Source: Lama guanicoe (Eukaryota). Taken from it: a stretch of 64,000 bases of DNA. Location of the stretch: positions 2,133,432 through 2,197,431 of the forward strand of contig MU057102.1 in assembly GCA_013239625.1 (NCBI GenBank), in the 5' to 3' direction. A program made the position numbers and the translations under genes. The notes beneath the pieces are model-generated. The model was not told where the DNA came from. It made no database searches and worked only from the letters and a program-made list of their open reading frames with translations. Below are positions 1 to 12,085 of this stretch, one piece after another; the first letter of the stretch is position 1, and every line of letters starts with the position of its first letter.

Positions 1-299
1 GGCTCGCACCTCTCTCTGGACCCAGGGGCCGTCAGGGAACGGGCCACAGCTCGAGAGGCCAGCAGTACCTGCTCTTCCAGAGGGACGGCTCTCTCAGCCA
101 CCGTCCCCAGCTCTCTTCAGTTCAATCCTGACCCCTGGCTCCCTGAGAGTCTCCACCCCGCGGAACAGCCACCCCAATCTGGCCGACCCCCTCCTGCGGC
201 TCTGTGGGCTCCCTCAGCCACCCTCCGCTGGCCGCTAGGCCTGTGGACCAGGCTCTCCCTCGGCCCCCAGGCCAGGGCCCAGCCTCTGCCACAGAGACA

Positions 300-430
300 G
301 CAGGCTGGGGTTCAGGTGCCGAAGGGCTAAATCCCAGTGGGTGAACCTGGGAAGTTGCTGAACCTCTCTGAGCCCCGCTTCCCTCATCTGTGAAGTGGAA
401 ACAGCCTGCCTCCCGGGGCTGGAGTGAGAC
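300..430 (+). mobile_element. MIR SINE fragment
   Basis: gtgaacctgggaagttgctgaacctctctgagccccgcttccctcatctgtgaagtgg resembles the MIR core (gtgaccttgggcaagttacttaacctctctgtgcctcagtttcctcatctgtaaaatgg); boundaries approximate. Confidence 0.75.
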
Positions 431-1123
431 CCCAGCAGAAGATGCAGGGAGAGGGCTTCATCCCGCACGCAGCGGTCCCTCGGTCCTGTAACCGTACACC
501 TGCTGCAGCCTTCCCGCTGCGCTGCTCTCTGGCTCGGCCTGGTGCGAGCAGCACTTGCACGGACACCTGTGCGAATGCCCCCGACCCCTTCCCTCTCTGC
601 CGTGTAGGGGCAGGTGCAGTCAGGGCTGGGTCAGCCGTGTCCTCTGCCCGCCCAGGATGCAGGCCAGACCCACTTTTCCAGAAGTCACATGAAAAGGCAA
701 CAGACCCACAATATGTACACATGTCTGGGGTGTTTACAAGCGTTAACACAGTATTCAATTCCCCGTAGCTGAAATGTCAGGTTAATTGCTCAATTTAAAA
801 TACAGTAAATTTCTCAGATTACTATTTTTAAGTATCTAAAACCAGGATCAATGTTGTTTGTGCTACTTCTTCCCCTGGAAACGATTTTAAATGGATGGTC
901 TGTGCTGAAATCAAACGCATCCCAGCATCGAGGAAACAGATTCACACGTTGGCAGTGCCCCGCCCCTCACTGTATTCAAAGACCCCGGAAGGTCTGTACT
1001 CATCTCACCACCACCGTGCTTCTCCCGGCCTGAGCACCCCCGCCCGACACCCCCCACCCTCCAGATACCCTCCAGATGGGAGAGCCTTCCTGCCACCCCT
1101 CCTCCCATGCAGCTGCCTCTCAC

Positions 1124-1269
1124 CTCGACAGTCACGACCACAAACTTCACGGTGTCACGCTCCTTCTCAGGAGGAAGGTGCAAGTGTCCGGGCAGCTTGG
1201 GGAAGAGCAGCAGGAACTGGGCCAGGGCCCGGGCCAGCGTGGTCAGGGACCGGTACAGCGTGGCGTCCC
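1124..1269 (-). CDS. HTT: HTT exon 49 (146 nt)
   Basis: tttcag|GGGACG...GTCGAG|gtgaga; [49 protein letters not shown]. Confidence 0.96.
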
Positions 1270-1638
1270 CTGAAACACAAGCCTCGGTGGGTTGGCATGC
1301 CTTGGGCAGAGGCTCCCAACCCTTGACGGGCTGGCGGTCCAGGGCTTCCCTGAGCATCAAGGGAAGCCAAAGGCACGGCGTCTCAGGAGAACGCCCGCCA
1401 CACAGGACCCGTGTTCCCGAGGCCTGGCCTGCGCTCCCCATGGGCTCCGTGGAGGAGGGACACGGTGGCCCCCGCGCCGGAGGACACGCAGAACTGCGGC
1501 CCAGCGCCGGGCCCAGTGACCTCTGGAAACACCGACCATGTGTTAGATCAACAGCGGTCACTGTTTTCACTCGGTGCAAAGCATGGCACTGGCCCTGCAG
1601 CATTTTTATAAAATTAGACAAGTGTTTACTTTAATTAC

Positions 1639-1852
1639 CAAAGAGATCATCCAGCTTGCTCCAGTAGGTGGTGGGCTCCACGGGCAGAAAGGGCTGGAAA
1701 ACCTGGTGGGAGTCGGGGAGCTGCTGGACCACACCTGTTACACGGTCTAGAGTCGCCATGCGGGCCGCTTCAAACAGGGGGCTCTTCTGGCCTCCACGGA
1801 CCTCGCGCACGCCCAGGCCCAAGCACGGGGCCAGCAAGCTCAGGTTGAACTC
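1639..1852 (-). CDS. HTT: HTT exon 48 (214 nt)
   Basis: atgcag|GAGTTC...TTTG|gtaatt; [31 protein letters not shown]...YWSKLDDLF. Confidence 0.97.
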
Positions 1853-3398
1853 CTGCATCAGAGCAGTAAAGGTTCACCAACGACTAGCACACAGGCTCTT
1901 CGTCAGGCACGAGAGACACGACAGACGGGGGCAGCGCAGACGCTTCCAAGATGGACAGGTCAGGGCACACAAAGTATTCTAAAGAAAACCTGATTCTACT
2001 TCTGTTATAAACAAACGAGCAGCTCCATGTAACATATGATCAGGAAAGCAGATTTCTGGTATCATTCGAGTACTTTAATTTCAAAGAAATATTTTAATTG
2101 TTTATGCCTTCAGATTCATTTGAAATCAAAAATTTAATATGAGGATACTTTAATTGATAAAAATACGAAATCAAGCTGATGTGCTATCCAAGAAATCAGT
2201 GAAACAGCCAGCGTGCCCAAGGTTTGAAAAAGATAAGTCATGTTCAAAAGCAGCTGAAATCAATCAAAGTCGCCAGATAAACGCCACAGGTCTGATCATA
2301 AAAATGGCATCGCACGTGATAACGTTTCAATCTGTACTGTTCTTTGACTTTTTTTTTAAAAGTCCTTTAAAGATTTTTTTGGGGAGAAAAAAGGTTTTTC
2401 TGGGCCAATTATCATGTGGAATATTAATCGTAATTCAGTTACTATTCAGAGCTGTGTGTGTCATTGTCGGCAACCACAACGGAACCCTCCGTCATAGCCG
2501 CCACGGCCAAGCTTTTCCTCAAAGCTGTTAAATGTCCAACTAGCAAATTTGAAAAATTCAATAAACTGGTTATTAAGTAAATTGATCATTCAGCAAACCA
2601 GATTTCACTGCATGGCTGTTTAAAATGGTCAGCAAACTGGTTTTGGGCCGATTCTCCTGTCTTCTCAAGGCAGCTTTTATTTCACGGTGATGGAGGAAGG
2701 GGACTTGGGGAGGCGTGGCTGTGTGGCCTGTGCCCCGAGCCCCTGCCATGCCTGACCCATTCTCCACTGCCCCCTGCCTGCACCCTGCTGCCCCACTCCA
2801 GTCCCCGCTTCACTCCCGCTTGGTCCCTCTCAAGGCAGCACACCACCACCTAAGGGTTCATCGGCCACTCCCCTGGAGGTCGGAGAAGGCACAGGCTAAG
2901 GCTGCGGCCAGGTGCTGCCACGAGGGGGGCCACCCCCAGCGGACCTGCCACAGGAGCTGGGGACAGGGTACAGGGGCTCTGCGCAGCACGCCTGTGCGAC
3001 ACCTAGTGAGGGGGTGGGGGGACCCTGCTACCACAGGCAGAGGGGTACTGAAGGGCAACTTCACGGCCAAGACCAGGCCAACACGAGTCAGTCAGACCAC
3101 GTGCTGCGGCCCCAGCCCGACAGCCTTCCTCACGAGCACAGGACAAGCAACTGGAACTCATCATGACCCACAGGAATCTATCTTCTTTGAGGACCTGGGA
3201 AGCTGAATTAAACACAGCTCCTCCTCTGGACTCTGATGTGGGAAGTGACACGTGCTTTCGGGTCATAGCCCTGGACGAGGGTCTCTGCCGAGGCGGCGAG
3301 GTGCATGGTGCACGGTGTACGCAGGTCACCGGACAGCGGGAGGGTCAGACCCACGCGCCCAGCGAGAGAAAGCCGGCGCCCCCCACCCCCCGCCATAC

Positions 3399-3521
3399 CG
3401 CGTGCATCATGAACGCGCTCAGGTCGCTGGGCGGGATCCGATTCACCAGCTCTGCCCCTTCCAGCAGTGCAGAGTCCGACCGTGTCCAGCACTGCGACCT
3501 AACCAGACGTATGTACCAGTC
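3399..3521 (-). CDS. HTT: HTT exon 47 (123 nt)
   Basis: ctccag|GACTGG...CACGCG|gtatgg; [41 protein letters not shown]. Confidence 0.96.
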
Positions 3522-4486
3522 CTGGAGGAAGAGGAGGGGGGTGACAGACGCAACGGCGCAGGGCTTTCAAGGGCTGCAACGCTACTGGACGTGCGCTGTT
3601 CTTCACCGACTGACCCCCGTGCCCTGCGGCGGCCCCGGGACTATGACCACAGCTTCGGTCAAACTGGACTCCGGCCGTGCGAGCTGTTCTCCACACCACG
3701 GGCCTTTCCCACAGGAAATGCTGCCTGCCACGGAGGCTGCATCTCGGGACTCACCATTACCCGTCTGGACAGCCTTTCTCCTCACACCTGCCCCTCAAAA
3801 CAGTAAACCACTGAGGGCAGCGGGCCCTCCTGTCTGTGCCCTCACTCTCTGTCCTCCGTGCTGAGCACCGCACTGATCATCTTCCACCGGAGGTCTGCTC
3901 TGCCGCCCCGCCCCCGGGCGCAGAGCAGCAGAGGCACGGAGCAGCGCAGCCTGAGGACAGGGGCCTGGACTGCGCTGAGCTGCGCCTGGGCTGCTGGATT
4001 TTGAAATCCAAGTTCATATCCAAACCGAACTCTCTCCAGGCCCCAGGTGGTCCCCAGCTCGGAGGTGTGAGGGCTGAGGGGATGAGGTATCAGGCCCTTG
4101 GGGCAGTGGGGTCAACGTACAGGTCACAGGCGTAAACAGGGAGACAGGCCAGGTGGGCCATGCTTGCAGGCTGCGCAGGCGTGAGTGCAGGCCACGGCCA
4201 CCCGTGTCCCCCATCTCCCGACTCTTTATTAATTACCTTGACCCTCAGCCCCGCTAATGACCCAAGTCAGCGCTCCCTTCTCACCCCATGCCCCCAGCTA
4301 ATGACCTGGGCTGGGCCTCACAGACCCTGTCGCTGACTCTCTCCACAGCCGGCAAGAACCAGGCAGGCGGACGCCCTCGGGGGCCACACGGAGCACCTCC
4401 ACCCCGTCCCCAGCCGCTGGAGGACAGAGGTACTTGGTGCCTGGAGGGGGCCCTGTGTGTCACCTGCAGACCTGCTGGATACCTAC

Positions 4487-4625
4487 CTTGTCTGGACTCA
4501 CTGTCTCCAGCACCAGGGGCCCATCCCCGTCCAGCGGGTGGGGTGTGGCCAGAGGAGCGGGGCCACGCGACCCCGGCGCGGTGGCGAGACGCAGCCTGTC
4601 CAGCAGGGAGTAGAGCCGCTGGTGC
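4487..4625 (-). CDS. HTT: HTT exon 46 (139 nt)
   Basis: ttccag|GCACCA...GACAAG|gtaggt; [46 protein letters not shown]. Confidence 0.95.
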
Positions 4626-5780
4626 CTGGAAGCCAATCACACGCAGGGTCAGCACACTGCCCGCCGCACAGGAGGAAGTCACAGGCGCTTCTTATGGCAG
4701 GTGCAACACGTGTGAGACCTTCTGTTCAGAGCTATTTCTTAAGGACACTCAAACAAGTCAGGATGCAAATTCAGGCCCTAGTTTACATGTAATAAACACA
4801 GTTTTAAGTCCCACAAATGTTTTTCAGAAATTTCACTTACACTCAAACATTGCAACAGGAAACACCTGGTGTAACAGCTGGCAAAAGCACTTGTTACAAA
4901 CACAGAACAGATCACCGAGCATCCAAGCGCACAAAGCCTGTTCACTCTCCCAGCAATTCACACCCACCTCCTACCAGAGTCACCTCATCGGGCACAAGAC
5001 ATGGATAATCCTCCTCATCTGGGCTGGATACTAAGTCTAGGGTCAAAGACAATCAAGTCTGACCCCCCCCCACCTGCTATGGGAGCAACTGCGTCATAAT
5101 GCAAATCCCAGCTTCACCCGCCCGGCAACGGACAAGCTACCTCTGAGCGCCTGCTGCGCTGGGTGTAGCCCCTTCCCAGGCAGACACCACCAACAGCTCC
5201 TCGTGAGACTGGAGTCACAGCACGGTCACTAGACTCTCTCTCACATCCTCCCCCCTTGTGGCAGAAAGAAGGTCAAAGCCTCTCCCAATTTATTTTGGAG
5301 TCATGGAAACATCCTCAGGTAACAGATGCCAAGATTTCTGACAAAGCCTCTAAAAGACTTTGCAAACAGAACTGGGTGATAAACAGCTAAAAGGAGACAA
5401 AATTTTAACAAGATGCAGAAACGACTCTCGCGCCTTTCAGCTTTCAAGTCTTCGTTAGCAGTCAGACTGTGGCTTTGATTCCACAAAGATGCAGCCGAGA
5501 ACTCAGTCCCAGTGGTCACAAATGGTAAGCAGAGGCGACGGGACACCCGCCACCCCCGGAGGCCCACAGAAGCGCGAGCGCGGCGGCGAGAATGCCGTAG
5601 AGGTGACACTGCCGGCTGCTCCTCCCTTTTGTAAAGCGAGATCTGCTTTGTTTCCCCCGATTGGAGCGGCCTCCCTGCAGCAAGCGCATCTACAAGTGCG
5701 CAGCCTCTCGTCCCGAGCCTGCCCCTCCCAAACTGCAGTCGCTGCGACAAAACGCAAGGAGCGCCCGGCCCCAGCATTAC

Positions 5781-5857
5781 CTCTGGGCCAGCCCGCTGCT
5801 CTGAAGGTATCCCTGCATTCTGTTTAGTTCTTCCACTGGCACCTGGGCCGTGCTGCT
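5781..5857 (-). CDS. HTT: HTT exon 45 (77 nt)
   Basis: cttcag|AGCAGC...CCAGAG|gtaatg; [26 protein letters not shown]. Confidence 0.95.
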
Positions 5858-6123
5858 CTGAAGGAGACAAGAACACGTCAGTGGGGTTGTAACACACAAC
5901 AAACCAAGTAAGCTTGTGCTCATTTAAAAAAGAAAAAGGGACGTGTACAGCTTATCACAGCAAAGGCAGGCCAGAAGGAAAGCAAGCAGCGTTCGTATCA
6001 GACACACAGGAAGGACCAGCTTATACGTTTCCTTCAGTGGCCACTTAGAGCAAGAACCAGTCAGTGGTTTGCTCGCCCAGCTACGTCTGCAATAAAAACC
6101 AACACCATTGTTTCTTTCAGTAC

Positions 6124-6300
6124 CTGTAAATTTGCAGCCAAAAGCATCTCTACCCGGCGACAAGCAAGGGTGTCGACCATGCGAGCCAGCACACGCAGCG
6201 GGGTGCACAGGAGCTTGTCCACGTACAGTGTCAGCACAGCACCCGACTGGCTCAGGTGGATCCCCTCCAGGCACTGGAGAGTCTTCTTCAGAGCAGTGGG
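6124..6300 (-). CDS. HTT: HTT exon 44 (177 nt)
   Basis: ccccag|CCCACT...TTACAG|gtactg; [59 protein letters not shown]. Confidence 0.98.
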
Positions 6301-6426
6301 CTGGGGTTGGGGGGAAGGAAAGGAAAGGTGGAGAATTTTGCCACCTGGAAGTGAGTGGTTAAAAACGCTGACACCCCACTTGTAAGGCAGGGAAAACGCG
6401 CAACAGTGGGCACCAGGGAGACTTAC

Positions 6427-6606
6427 AGTTGAAAGATTTTCACAGCGAGACTGAATGGCCTGGATGAAAAGGCCGCTAGCCGCGGAATTCCGGTGGACAG
6501 CACTGATGAAGTCCTGCACGGGGGGCTCGTGGGACAGGGTGATCAGGTCCTGAACGTGGTTCACGATGAGCCATGTCAGGTGCTCTGAGTCATGCAGGTT
6601 CTGGCA
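6427..6606 (-). CDS. HTT: HTT exon 43 (180 nt)
   Basis: ccgcag|TGCCAG...TCAACT|gtaagt; [60 protein letters not shown]. Confidence 0.98.
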
Positions 6607-8028
6607 CTGCGGACAAAGGCAACAGGGAGACCATTTTCAAATGACACGGAGGGAACAGAGGCTAATGCCGCAGGAAAGGCCAGAGGGCAGGAAGCGAAAA
6701 ACAACCCCACACTAATCCTCCCTGAAAATCTCCGGTGTCGGAGCAGGGACAACCGGTGGGTGGGAACACGCTCTACAGGGCCCGTTGCCCCCAACGTGCA
6801 CTGCGGCCCGTCTGTGCCGCTTCAAGGGACACTGGCCAGCGGGCAGAGGCGGAGAGGAGTGTGGCCCAGGGCCACCCAAGGGCGGCAGGGTGACTGGCCC
6901 AAGCCCCGCCACGAGCAGGCCCCGCTCCCTCCAGGATCGCTCTGGCCTCAGCGTGGCCTGCTGACGGGTCTTCCCTGTTACTCTCTCTCCAATTGAGGGA
7001 CAGGTCAGTAGAAAAAAAGAATTCCCTGTAACTGTCACGGTTCTGACAGAATTCCTGAATCCAAAATACAAACAGATCTTAAGGGAAGAAATTTCACGGA
7101 AGACGTACAAAGAGATACAAAGTATCCATCTTAAATCCACATGTTGCCTTTCCTTGTGATTAATGAACTTCTAGGCAGCAAATTGTAAAACAAAAAGAAC
7201 TCTTCAACATCGGGTTAATGATTTATAGTTTCCACGTGGGATAATTTGATAGCATTAACCTATAAAATTAATATATTTCTTACTTTTTTGTGAAAACAGA
7301 AAATAATTACACCAAATTACTCCTCAAAAATGGAACAAGATAGAAAGACTATTTCAACATCAAGAATTTAAGCAAAACACGAAGATTAGGCAGGTGCTAG
7401 TCTGCAAGGAAGCAGTGCGGGCAGAGAAGCCTCTTCTCTCAGGACCCAGGAGGCCCCGCAGCGCGCTGGCTTGCGACACGGGCATGTGGCACCGTGCCCA
7501 CCGTGAGGAACACGCCCCTCGCAGCAGCGCGGACAAGGCGCGAAGCCCTGGGAGAGTCCAACAGCAGGTCCTCTCTGAGTAATACGCTGACAGATTTCAT
7601 TTTCTTCTACTTACTTAGTTTTTGTAAATTTTCTCTGTTCAACAAGTGATGCTAGTTTTATGGTCAAAATCCCCTGTAGAGTTATTCTCTTTAACAAAAG
7701 AATGACATTCAAACAGGAATCTGTTTTAAAAGGCAGCAATGAAATCTAACACCCTTTCCACAGATTAAAATCATTTTTTAATGAGACCTGCACAGCAAAC
7801 ATGGAGCCTCCCTCCTGGGGACAGCCGCGCCCAGCACCGTGAGCGGGACAGCGCCGAACCTTTTACAGACAGACTTAAAAACCCCAGGCTGCTTGCTGGT
7901 CGTACATCACAGAAGGATTCAACCTTGACTTTGGTCTCGTGCTGACGGGGGAAGGCACCTGCAGAAGTTCGTCTGCAAAGGGCGGCCTCCAGCCCCAACC
8001 CCGCCACGACCCGCGTTTCCACACTCAC

Positions 8029-8170
8029 AACATAGTCGCAGAAGAGGATGAGGGCTCCCCGCCGCACAATTTCTCTGTTGCACACGCCCAGGCTGGAAGC
8101 CAAGGTGGAATCCTCCTCCTCTCCAGACACCAGGGGGCTGAGAGACTTCGTGCCGGACAAACTGCGTCTC
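8029..8170 (-). CDS. HTT: HTT exon 42 (142 nt)
   Basis: ttctag|GAGACG...TATGTT|gtgagt; [47 protein letters not shown]. Confidence 0.97.
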
Positions 8171-8984
8171 CTAGAAGGAACAACAGACGCTCGGACAGTG
8201 TTTCTGAGATGGCAGCCGGCTTACTTTCGAAACCCTGAAGACGGCTGCTGTCCAGTCCCGGTTCTCAAGCAGACAGTTCCTTCAAACACAGCAGCGTGCC
8301 GTGTGTCAGACGTACGTACTCGCGGCTGCCTGTTCCTGAGCCACGACAAAGCACACACAGAAAACTAAGGAAAACAGAGGGTTCAACGGGCAGAAAGTGA
8401 CAAGGCTGGTCTGGAAGGCGGCTCTGCCGTCAAGCTGCGCGAGGCACCGATGCTCTCCTCCGGGACCTGCCGCTGCCTGGGTCTGAGGGTGCGGCCGCTG
8501 CTCCCGGGCTCCCGGGTCCAGCCGGGCGAAGCCGCCGAGCGCCAGCAGGAAACCGTCACGCTTTGCTCCTCCATTAGCAACAAAGTGTTCAACCCCAGAC
8601 ACGCCACAGGGTGTACGCCATCACGGACACCCTGTTCATTCCCCACGAGTGATGGTCCTGCACTCCACGTTTACTTCTCACTTTGTTTTCTTTCTAAGGA
8701 GACGGGAATTGGACTCTCAGTTCTAGCCATACCCTTAAAACATCAGTCGCCACACTTGGAAACAGGCCATGTGACTCCAGGGTCAGCAGGACCACACTCC
8801 CCTCCGCACAGGGCACCTGCACACCTCCGCTGGGCTCAGCGGACGTGGCGAGGACATCGGGGCAGGAATCCTCGGGGGTGTGTCAGTTTTTAAACTGCAA
8901 CGCCTCAGGATTTAGAAAAGAATTGGTACAAAAATTCTACAGACAAAAAAATTTTAAATGACCATTTCTCTGTTTTCCAGCTGG

Positions 8985-9340
8985 TGAGTGGATAAGCAAA
9001 ACTGTGGCACATCTGTACCAGGAGACCCTGTAGCAACCACAAGGGACCACCTCCCACACGCATGACACGGACGGTGGGCTCAGCGAAAGAACCAGCCTTC
9101 GCAGGGGGTCACCGCACGACTCCGTTCACTGCGCGCCTGCAGTCGGCCAGACGTCAGGACGGGGCTTGGGTCAGAGGTCACCCGGGGTGGCCAGGGCGGG
9201 GGTGCCGCACAGAGACACAGGGAATTTTCTGAAGTGACAGTACTGTTCTAAATCCCAGCTGTGGTGGTGGGAATGTGACTCTGTTTGGTACAAAAAAGGG
9301 CATTATACTGCACTGTAAATTATACGTCAGTTACGAACTA
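8985..9340 (+). mobile_element. Old L1M-type 3' UTR fragment
   Basis: gtggataagcaaaactgtggcacatc...tactgttctaaat...gctgtggtggtg...ctgtaaattatac resembles L1ME/MB 3' ends. Confidence 0.6.
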
Positions 9341-10293
9341 ACAAACAGAAAACCCTCCCTTTCTCAGTCAGCCCTCCTGCTGGCCCCCGTGTGACTTACG
9401 TTCAGGCTGTGACTGTGTCTTGAACAGCAGAGCTATAAGGGAAAAGAGCCTGTGAAGGACACGGGGAGAATCTGCGACTCACACACCAGCAGGGGACACC
9501 AAGAAGCTCCGTGTCAACCCAATCTCTCAGTCTGCAGCAGGGCAAGCCCCCAAGATGGCGGGACAGACCGACAGTACACGGACCTCCCAAGTCCAAGATG
9601 GCCGCCCATCAGGGACCAACAGTCCACAAAAGTAGGCCAGACGGAGCGCAAATCACGAGCTGTCAGGACGGGGTCCCAGAAGTAAGACGTAGACAAGAGC
9701 AGACCCCACTGCGGTGGCCGCGGGCTCTTCCAGGGGCGGCGCTGCCCAGAGTGCGGCCTGGGAGCCCGCGCTCAGCTGAGAGCCAGTGGTGCCGGGCTGG
9801 GCACAGAACCTCTGCAATAGTTTGCTAGAGCAGTTCTGTGTCTGCTGAGTCTACAAGCAGAAAACAATGGTTTGTACTTTGTATTCCAAACTTCTAGTAA
9901 TTCATTTTGACTATCTTTTGGAAATGGAGACACTCATCACCAAAACCAGACAAAGACACCACAAAAAAAGAAAATTGTAGGGCAACATCCTTGATGAAGA
10001 CAGATGCAAGAATCCTGCACGAGACACTAGCAAACCGAAGTCAACAGCACACAGAAGCACTCACACCCCACGACAAGCAGGATTTACTGCAGGGATGCAA
10101 GGATGGTCCAACACCTGCAAATCAGTGTGCTACGTCACGCTAACAGAACGAGGAGTTAAAGACATACGATCATCTCAATAGGTGCAGAAGAAGCTTCCGA
10201 CAAAGCTCAACATCCATTTATGATAAAAACGCTCTGTACACAGAGGACACACCTCAGCATAAGAAAGGCCACACGTGACAAGCCCAAAGCTAC

Positions 10294-10453
10294 NNNNNNN
10301 NNNNNNNNNNNNNNNNNNNNNNNNNNNNNNNNNNNNNNNNNNNNNNNNNNNNNNNNNNNNNNNNNNNNNNNNNNNNNNNNNNNNNNNNNNNNNNNNNNNN
10401 NNNNNNNNNNNNNNNNNNNNNNNNNNNNNNNNNNNNNNNNNNNNNNNNNNNNN
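10294..10453. other. Assembly gap (160 N)
   Basis: Run of N inside L1. Confidence 1.
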
Positions 10454-11035
10454 TCATCAAATCAGAAAGAAGTGTAACTTTCACTAATTGCAGATGGCAT
10501 GACACTTGGTATACAAAGAAAACCCTCAAGAAGCCACCAAAAAACTGTCAGTTCTAATAAATGAATTCAGCAAGGACACACAGGACACACAGAAGCCTGC
10601 GGCATTTCTATACGCTAATAACAAACCATCAGAAAGAGAGATAAAGAAAACAATCCCAGTCAGAAAGAATAAAATACTCAGGAGTAATTTAACCACAGAG
10701 GTCAAATACCGACACGCTGAGAACTCCAAGACACTGAACGACAGAAGGTGAAGACGACAGACGTGGAAGGAGAGACACCCCACGCTCGTGGGCCAGAAGA
10801 ATCAACACTGTTAAAATGCCCACATTACCCAAGGCAATCCACAAATTCAGTGCCATCCCTATCCAAAAGCCAGCGGCATTTTTCACAGAACTTGAACAAA
10901 AACTTCTAAAATTCACATGCAACCACAAAAGATCCCAAATAACCAAAGCAATCTAGAGAAAGACGACTGGAGGTGTCACATGCCCTGACTTCAAACTATA
11001 CTACAAAGCTACAGCAATCAAAACTGCATGGTGTT

Positions 11036-11484
11036 TTACAAAGAATAAAATGATGCCATTTGCAGCAACACAGATGGACCTGGAGATCGTCATTCTAAGT
11101 GAAGTCAGCCAGAGAGATACCACATGATACCACTTGTATGTGGAATCTAAGGGGGGGAAAGGGACAAGTGCACTTATTTACAAAACAGAAACAGACTCGC
11201 AGACATAGAAAACAAACATATGGTTACCAGGGGGGAAAGGGGTGGGAAGGGATATTGGAAGTTCGAGATCTGCAGACACTGACTACTGCGTGTAAATAAA
11301 ATAGATAACACCAAGGTCCTACTGCACAGCACAGGGAGCTGTGCCCAGTATCTTGTAATGCCCTTCAATGAAAAAGAATGTGAAACGAATATATGTGTGT
11401 ATATGTATGATTGAAACATCACGCTGTACACCAGAAACTGACACAACACTGCTTCAATAAAAAAATCTTAAAAACAAACACAAA
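11036..11484 (+). mobile_element. Younger 5'-truncated L1 3' end (camelid/artiodactyl type) nested in the older L1
   Basis: aataaaatgatgccatttgcagcaacacagatggacctggagat...acttatttacaaaacagaaacagactc...tgtacaccagaaactgacacaaca plus AATAAA and an A-rich tail; degenerate 16-bp target-site duplication. Confidence 0.85.
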
Positions 11485-11629
11485 AAAATTGTGTGGTGTT
11501 GACACAAAAACAGACACATGTATCATCGCCGGAACAGAACACAGAGCCTAGAAACACACTCACACGACAGTGTGCGCTCTAACAGGTGGACATAATCAAC
11601 CCGGGGGCTCTCGCACGCATGCCTGCATG

Positions 11630-11780
11630 TTCACCTATGACACTGGGCAAGCTGCTTCTCCAGGAAAAGAGGCTTCCTCGTCTGTAACACACGTGCAGGG
11701 CTGCAGGCCTTAGCGAGTTACTGCGATGGAAAGCCCTCAGGACATCTGGCACTTAGTGCCATGGAAGTGCTAGCGTGCTA
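11630..11780 (+). mobile_element. MIR fragment
   Basis: tgacactgggcaagctgctt...gcttcctcgtctgtaa...ctggcacttagt. Confidence 0.55.
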
Positions 11781-11849
11781 CATGTGACAGCACATGATAC
11801 ATATTCACTGATACGTCATTGCTGTTCCTACTGTCAGGGCAATTAAGTC

Positions 11850-12085
11850 CCTAACTCATGTGAGTGCTGGGAATACAGTGAGAGCCCTGCTGGGCTTATG
11901 GTGTAGAGGGAAAGCCAGATATTAATCAGATTATCACACACAAACAAATGACAAATTACAGCCTCAACACATGCCATGGAGGAGAGGCCAAGGCAGGCGT
12001 GAGAGCAGGCAATGAGACTTCACCAACCAGAGAGCAATCAGGAAGGCTTCCCAGAGGAAGTGATGATTGAGCTGAGAACCCACAA
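11850..12085 (-). mobile_element. L2 LINE fragment
   Basis: gtgctgggaatacagtga...caggaaggcttcccagaggaagtgatgattgagctgaga is typical of antisense L2 3' sequence. Confidence 0.65.

Larger units (their letters stand above)
9930..11565 (+). mobile_element. L1 ORF2 (RT-region) remnant, antisense to HTT, interrupted by a gap and a nested L1
   Basis: Degenerate ORF2 peptides PKPDKDTTKKENCRATSLMKTDARIL and ENPQEATKKLSVLINEFSK; sequence resumes after the insert as gacacaaaaacagacac...gaacagaacacagagcctagaaa. Confidence 0.92.

Noticed and set aside
911-1638. Intron 48 (369 nt, a multiple of 3) is largely open into exon 49, suggesting in-frame retention
   Set aside because: Retention hits a stop immediately after exon 48 (G|GT AAT TAA)
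3163-5034. Plus-strand ORFs of 233 and 248 aa over exons 47 and 46
   Set aside because: Antisense shadows of GC-rich exons plus intron; no protein-family features
9907-10946. Reverse-transcriptase-like peptides
   Set aside because: Frameshifted, stop-riddled L1 ORF2 remnants; not an active or novel retroelement
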